DNA of 64,000 nt, taken from the IMG/VR virus record IMGVR_UViG_3300030103_002259, positions 19,392-83,391 of that record, one strand, 5' to 3'. This stretch comes from a virus. Position 1 is the stretch's first letter, and every line of letters starts with the position of its first letter. The position numbers and the translations under genes are program-made. The notes beneath the pieces were generated by a model. The model worked only from the letters and a program-made list of their open reading frames with translations. It had not been told where the DNA came from and did not search any database. Below are positions 59,682-64,000 of this stretch, piece after piece.

Positions 59682-61109
59682 TTACGCTTCTTCTGTTACT
59701 GCTATTACATTCCATTTACCTGAATTGCTATTGTAAATACAACCAACATATAAAAGTTTGCTAGCAGTTAAATTGGTTGGTAAAGTCACACCTATAGGTT
59801 CATATATTGCACTCCATGTAATATTTTTAACTAAACTTGCGTTTCCATCATCAAGCATTCTAAATAAAAGCTTTTGACCATTTACTGGATTTCCTGTAGG
59901 ACTATCAATAATAAAGCTTACATCTTGGGCATCTATTGTTACCATTGATGTGCTATCAGCATTTATATTTAAAGTAGCACCTGCAGTTACTTGACTATCT
60001 ACACCAGCTACATTAAGCTGGAGAGCAATGTCATTAGAAGTAGGATTATCTACTATTCTATTAGTATGACCTTGCGTAGGGACAAAATTAAGCCTTGATG
60101 TAGATCCCACTACTGTACTACGATTTAATACATCTATAGTAAATGTATTATCTACTGGAGGAGCAATACCTGTTTGTAATTTAATATCATCTAAGGCAAA
60201 CTCAACAGATGGAATTACAAGACTTGGTGGGTTAAACTGACTTCCTCTCCAAACTGAAAAATTTAAATATGCAATTGTATCTACATCTGGAGAATCAACA
60301 AAAAAAGATGTTGGTATACTAACCAATTGCCATGTATCTGCTAAAGATGCATCACAATAATTAGTAAGTTCTACTGATCCTAATTGAGGACCATCTCCAG
60401 GAGTATTATCTCCAAACATCCATACTTTAAAATAAGGCACACCTTGATCTACTAAGCTTTGAGGAAAGTTTACTCTAAAACTTAATTGAACATACTCACT
60501 TCTACTTACTGGACTAGCTGTACTAAAACTAACACCTCTTCTTTTACCATATTGCCCTATACTAGTTAATATGCATGAACTACCTTGAGGTGGTGTAGGT
60601 GTAGATGAATTAAAATCTGTTATGTTATTTATTCCAGCACTTCCTCTAACCCAATAAACAGGAGCAAAATCTTGATAAATAAGTTCAGTAGTTATGTCAG
60701 GAGTAGTTGCTCCTATACCTATAAGAACATATTGAACTAAAACTTGATCTACACCAATAGATGGAGTTATAGGATCAGATGCGGGCGTTCCTTGTATTAC
60801 AGAAACAACCTCACTTTCATCAACTACAATAGCATCAAATCTAGGATTAGTTGCGTCCCCAATAGCAAGTGTTACAGAAGTTTCTGCACTAGTATATTCA
60901 ATTCCTCCTATAAGGTATACTAAAGCGCTTACATCAAAAACCATTCCTGTTCCAGAATAAATGGCTCCTCCTGATATTAATTGATTACTTGCACCTGAAG
61001 TAGGTAAATCATCTATAGTTGCATATGGATTTATAGCTGAAGGACTATCTGCATTTACAGCCGCCTGATACGCATTGTTAGGTAAATTTCTATTTATTTT
61101 AGTAGACAT
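59682..61109 (-). CDS. Putative tail fibre/spike protein with carbohydrate-binding-like central domain
   Basis: N-terminal GDATNPRFDAIV, central WQLVSIP..F...LDDIKLQ jelly-roll-like pattern, C-terminal P.G.P..GQKL...YN...KW.V domain. Confidence 0.5.
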   Translation of the reverse strand: MSTKINRNLPNNAYQAAVNADSPSAINPYATIDDLPTSGASNQLISGGAIYSGTGMVFDVSALVYLIGGIEYTSAETSVTLAIGDATNPRFDAIVVDESEVVSVIQGTPASDPITPSIGVDQVLVQYVLIGIGATTPDITTELIYQDFAPVYWVRGSAGINNITDFNSSTPTPPQGSSCILTSIGQYGKRRGVSFSTASPVSRSEYVQLSFRVNFPQSLVDQGVPYFKVWMFGDNTPGDGPQLGSVELTNYCDASLADTWQLVSIPTSFFVDSPDVDTIAYLNFSVWRGSQFNPPSLVIPSVEFALDDIKLQTGIAPPVDNTFTIDVLNRSTVVGSTSRLNFVPTQGHTNRIVDNPTSNDIALQLNVAGVDSQVTAGATLNINADSTSMVTIDAQDVSFIIDSPTGNPVNGQKLLFRMLDDGNASLVKNITWSAIYEPIGVTLPTNLTASKLLYVGCIYNSNSGKWNVIAVTEEA

Positions 61110-61121
61110 ATTTTTAATTAT

Positions 61122-61508
61122 TTATTTTACATAAATTATTAATAAGTCTCCTGCATTTGATGTTGGGTCAGGATCATAGTTAAATGCAGAAGCTGCAAAT
61201 TTATGATCATTACCTCCTGCATCAAAGTTTATTGTTTCTCCAGGTTTAAGATCTTCTCCAAGAACTTTTGCTGTTGCTGTAGCGTGCGCATTATGAAAAG
61301 AAATAGATTTTATACTATCTGTAATTACATTAGCAGCTGGAGGCGCGGTTACAGAACTTACCCTCTCTATTATAGGTGTTGAAGGAGTAGTCCCACCTGA
61401 TGTAGCAGCTATGGCATCTATAATACCTTGTAAGCCCTTAAGCATTTTATATTGCCAAGGCCAATTAGTACCTTTGCCGCCATCTGTTTTTAAATTTCCT
61501 ATTGACAT
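61122..61508 (-). CDS. Hypothetical virion protein
   Basis: 128-aa ORF in the late operon with a beta-rich C-terminus. Confidence 0.5.
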   Translation of the reverse strand: MSIGNLKTDGGKGTNWPWQYKMLKGLQGIIDAIAATSGGTTPSTPIIERVSSVTAPPAANVITDSIKSISFHNAHATATAKVLGEDLKPGETINFDAGGNDHKFAASAFNYDPDPTSNAGDLLIIYVK

Positions 61509-61510
61509 TT

Positions 61511-61717
61511 TTATTGTTTTACTACATGAACAGCACCACTAGGTCTGCTGTATAACTCACCAACTTTTAGACCTGCTGCAATAGCAGCTGCATCATCCGC
61601 ATACTCTCTTTGAGTCATTCTTAATATCTCATTAAGATGCCCAAATTTAGCAGGAGCCATATCTTCTCCTGATTTTAAAAAAGGATCTGGTGACTCTGGT
61701 ATAAACTTTCTAGGCAT
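61511..61717 (-). CDS. Small protein with YADDAAAIAAGLKVGELY motif
   Basis: Motif recurs in fibre-associated proteins of Bacteroidota phages (by recollection). Confidence 0.55.
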   Translation of the reverse strand: MPRKFIPESPDPFLKSGEDMAPAKFGHLNEILRMTQREYADDAAAIAAGLKVGELYSRPSGAVHVVKQ

Positions 61718-61725
61718 AACTACTA

Positions 61726-62172
61726 TTATTTAGCCGATGCTTTAGCCGCTTCTGCATTTTTAGCATTACGTCTGCTAAGTTTATCTAATAGAATGTTTTT
61801 TGCTTCAACTTTTCTCTGCTCTTTTAAGACCTTTTTGTCTGTAGCAGTAAGCTTTTTCTCACCTATCGCAAACTTTTTATCAAAACTTCTTCTAGCTTGA
61901 ATCTCGTAAACTCTTGTTCTAGCTATATAAAAAGGATATTTGCTTAAATCTGGTTTAAACTGAATTCTTTCTTTTTCAATCTCTTTACCTGTAGGAGCTC
62001 CTGGGAACATTCCACTTGCAGTTCTATAGTCTCCTCTAATTGCCTCATCTACTACTTTAGTAAATACTGACTCACCTGCATACATATGTTCAACTGTTAA
62101 TTGACCTTCTACTTCTTTTAAAAGCGTTGATTTATCATTAGTTAATATTAATGCTTCTTTTAATTCTGCCAT
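61726..62172 (-). CDS. Hypothetical protein
   Basis: 148-aa ORF in the operon. Confidence 0.55.
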   Translation of the reverse strand: MAELKEALILTNDKSTLLKEVEGQLTVEHMYAGESVFTKVVDEAIRGDYRTASGMFPGAPTGKEIEKERIQFKPDLSKYPFYIARTRVYEIQARRSFDKKFAIGEKKLTATDKKVLKEQRKVEAKNILLDKLSRRNAKNAEAAKASAK

Positions 62173-62194
62173 TTTTCTTTGTTTTAATAAAATT

Positions 62195-62812
62195 TTATAT
62201 TCTCTCTATAGTAACGGTTGCATCTGCTTGACACATAAACTTAATACATACATACAACTCGCCAGCTGCTGGAAAAGTAGCAAGTCCTTGTACAGATATA
62301 GCTTGATTTTCTACTGTACCAAATTCAGCTTGTTGCAAATACATAATCTCAATCTGATCCGTACCACCAGCAATTAAATTATCTACATAAGCTCCTGATA
62401 CAATAGGACTATGTTCAAATCCTCCACCTAGTGCTCCACTATTATCTGCTACTACTACACTTTTATTTTCTGTAATAAGCATTGGTCCTACAGAAATATT
62501 TACTGTTCCAAAGTCCTCAATTATTTCATAAACACCACTTCCTGGCGCAGTTTCAGAAGATGTCATTTGTTGCTGAACACCTTTAAGCTCATATACTTGA
62601 AAAACCTGTCCTCCAGAAGTTATAGTTTCATTTTCACATTTACGCAATGAACAAGGATTGTCAAATAAAGTTCCTGGAATTAGCTCAGAGTCAGTTCTTA
62701 CGCCTATATCTTTAAGGAAGCTATCAATACTTGTGTTTAAATATTGCCAAAGTTGCGTTCTCTTAGACGCAAACGTTGTTAAGATGCTGGATCTTTTTAA
62801 TGATGTTGCCAT
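62195..62812 (-). CDS. Hypothetical (putative structural) protein
   Basis: 205 aa, first gene after the promoter motif at 62843. Confidence 0.55.
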   Translation of the reverse strand: MATSLKRSSILTTFASKRTQLWQYLNTSIDSFLKDIGVRTDSELIPGTLFDNPCSLRKCENETITSGGQVFQVYELKGVQQQMTSSETAPGSGVYEIIEDFGTVNISVGPMLITENKSVVVADNSGALGGGFEHSPIVSGAYVDNLIAGGTDQIEIMYLQQAEFGTVENQAISVQGLATFPAAGELYVCIKFMCQADATVTIERI

Positions 62813-62842
62813 TTGTTTCTTTTTTTAATAAATATACAGTTA

Positions 62843-62855
62843 TAATATAGTAAAA
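62843..62855 (-). promoter_or_regulatory. Putative late promoter motif TTTTACTATATTA
   Basis: Upstream of the 62812 start, directly after a terminator. Confidence 0.55.
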
Positions 62856-62866
62856 ATATTTGATAT

Positions 62867-62895
62867 AAAAAAGCCCCTAGTAAAAAACTAAGGGC
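62867..62895 (-). terminator. Intrinsic terminator after the groES operon
   Basis: GCCCTTAGT/ACTAGGGGC stem plus six Ts. Confidence 0.7.
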
Positions 62896-62938
62896 ATAAC
62901 TGATCTAGCCAGAGAAATTGGAAGACTGGATAACTAGA

Positions 62939-63151
62939 TTAGTTCATAAAAATAAGTTTGATTAGGAGGTATATCAAGAAACCCGCTAAAATAAATCCAG
63001 TAGATCCTATTACTATATCTTCTTTTGTAGGTGAAACTTTTTCATTAGTTATATGATCATGATGCTCTTGTAAGAATGCCGAAGAAAAACTAAGTATTAT
63101 TATCAAAGCTATAATACCTGTAAATCCCATTAATATTTTTACACCCACCAT
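62939..63151 (-). CDS. Small two-TM membrane protein
   Basis: Two hydrophobic helices flanking an EHHDH loop. Confidence 0.55.
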   Translation of the reverse strand: MVGVKILMGFTGIIALIIILSFSSAFLQEHHDHITNEKVSPTKEDIVIGSTGFILAGFLIYLLIKLIFMN

Positions 63152-63157
63152 AATCCT

Positions 63158-63463
63158 TTATTGCCACACCATTACAATATCATGAACGGTAACCATCATT
63201 TTCAGATCCCCATTCATATCAATAATCTCAGCATTATGAAGAGCATGAGTTCGGACATACACCTTATCTCCAGACTTTATATCAGTAACATCTTGTCCTA
63301 CAGCAAATACATTAAGATGAGTCCACTCCTTCATAGCATCTTGCTCTGCTTCCTTTTCCATTTCATCAGTAAGTATAAGATCTAACTTACCTTCTTCTTT
63401 CTCTTTTTTAACAGGTTTATCTAACATAACCCTATTACCTCTTAAAATAAATTTGCTTGTCAT
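63158..63463 (-). CDS. groES: GroES/Cpn10-like co-chaperonin
   Basis: LRGNRVML, LIL mobile-loop-like segment, VFAVG, IKSGDKVYV and HDIV. Likely start MTSKF at 63463. Confidence 0.7.
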   Translation of the reverse strand: MTSKFILRGNRVMLDKPVKKEKEEGKLDLILTDEMEKEAEQDAMKEWTHLNVFAVGQDVTDIKSGDKVYVRTHALHNAEIIDMNGDLKMMVTVHDIVMVWQ

Positions 63464-63481
63464 AATTTTTCTGGTTTTCAA

Positions 63482-63495
63482 CAAATATAGCAAAA
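63482..63495 (-). promoter_or_regulatory. Promoter motif TTTTGCTATATTTG (Bacteroidota -7 type)
   Basis: Upstream of the GroES-like start at 63463. Confidence 0.55.
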
Positions 63496-63555
63496 TTAAT
63501 TTACGGTAGTGTAAAAATAGTGTATTAGACATTTTGTAGGGTCCTATAGTAACAA

Positions 63556-63657
63556 CCCCCGCCCCATGCCAGCTGCGGTGGGTACCCCCCTTGCTTTGGC
63601 ACACAAACTTTTTTTCTGCTGCGCAAAAAACTTTTTTTGTCCTGTGGAAAAAGTTTC
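63556..63657. other. GC-rich homopolymer element plus A/T tracts at the strand switch
   Basis: CCCCCGCCCC...GGGTACCCCCC followed by repeated AAACTTTTTTT / AAAAAGTTT tracts, between divergent genes. Confidence 0.55.
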
Positions 63658-63713
63658 TTGCTTGCAGAACCTACGAACCCTAAACTTACAAAGAATCAAT
63701 AAAATTAATTCTT

Positions 63714-63959
63714 ATGTATACATTGTTAGTCAAAGTTTTCAATTCTTCAAAATTTGATAACCAGCGTTCCGCACAAGTTCTCAATATGCCCGCTGATGAA
63801 TCTGTTCCAGAGTTCATCAATTGGCATAAGAACTATGCCAAAGCCTGCGGCCTTGAGAACGGCCGTTGCTATGTCATAACTGTTCAGAAGGAACAGAATG
63901 ACAAAGGCTATGACAACTTCCAAATCAAGAACAAGCTTGAGTTGGGTAAGCTGTCCTAG
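63714..63959 (+). CDS. Hypothetical protein, first gene of the opposite (probably early) arm
   Basis: A-rich leader, higher GC and different codon usage from the late arm, followed by a terminator. Confidence 0.65.
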   Translation: MYTLLVKVFNSSKFDNQRSAQVLNMPADESVPEFINWHKNYAKACGLENGRCYVITVQKEQNDKGYDNFQIKNKLELGKLS

Positions 63960-63966
63960 CAAGAAC

Positions 63967-63995
63967 AAGCACCTTAACGGGTGCTTTTCTTTTTC
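63967..63995 (+). terminator. Intrinsic terminator
   Basis: AAGCACC/GGTGCTT stem followed by TTCTTTTT. Confidence 0.75.
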
Positions 63996-64000
63996 TTTTC

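Noticed and set aside
1414-63385. The many short plus-strand ORFs in the track (e.g. 1414, 6975, 9940, 14229, 20279, 35021, 44675, 46322, 51066, 63161)
   Set aside because: They lie antisense to long minus-strand genes, have shadow-like composition and show no recognisable motifs.
42767-63604. Track start positions 43207, 54559, 57731 and 63604 (also 40417)
   Set aside because: These extensions overlap upstream genes or promoter motifs. Downstream starts at 43135, 54484, 57689, 63463 and 40378 fit better.
63566-63968. ORFs 63566..63757 (+) and 63747..63968 (-)
   Set aside because: The first runs through the GC/A-tract element and the second is the antisense shadow of 63714..63959.
1-64000. 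Stop-codon reassignment, as in some crAss-like phages
   Set aside because: Genes are long and tightly packed under code 11. TAA, TAG (48196) and TGA (19444, 29224) all end genes right at the next start.
1-64000. tRNA/rRNA genes, integrase, transposase or DGR reverse transcriptase
   Set aside because: Intergenic gaps are short and showed no cloverleaf signatures by eye, and no ORF has the relevant catalytic motifs.

Overview
This 64 kb window is AT-rich and holds the late (virion morphogenesis, lysis and cargo) arm of a crAss-like (Crassvirales-type) bacteriophage, probably infecting an environmental Bacteroidota/Flavobacteriia host. Almost all genes lie on the minus strand in the standard genetic code. 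In transcription order (right to left) they are: GroES-like chaperonin, fibre/decoration genes, metallophosphoesterase, lysis cassette, HU/IHF-like gene, PD-(D/E)xK nuclease, terminase, portal, scaffold-like protein, major capsid protein, an array of about 11 small Lys/Arg-rich proteins, ring/auxiliary capsid/hub proteins, Cys-rich proteins, ring and muzzle proteins, then five large putative ejected cargo proteins and a sixth cut by the window edge. The main novel signal is a shared [FMYL]-Q-x-G-G / LPKAQxG motif that splits four cargo proteins and the small basic proteins into modules. Those modules include a SET methyltransferase, ADP-ribosyltransferase-like domains, an HExxH peptidase and an unnamed duplicated domain. 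Consecutive cargo proteins also carry complementary basic N-terminal and acidic C-terminal tags. Other signals are a repeated late-promoter motif, a terminator-linked hairpin whose loop is complementary to the translation-initiation regions of capsid-assembly genes, and a GC-rich element at the strand switch. All family assignments come from motif recognition and gene order, not from database searches.
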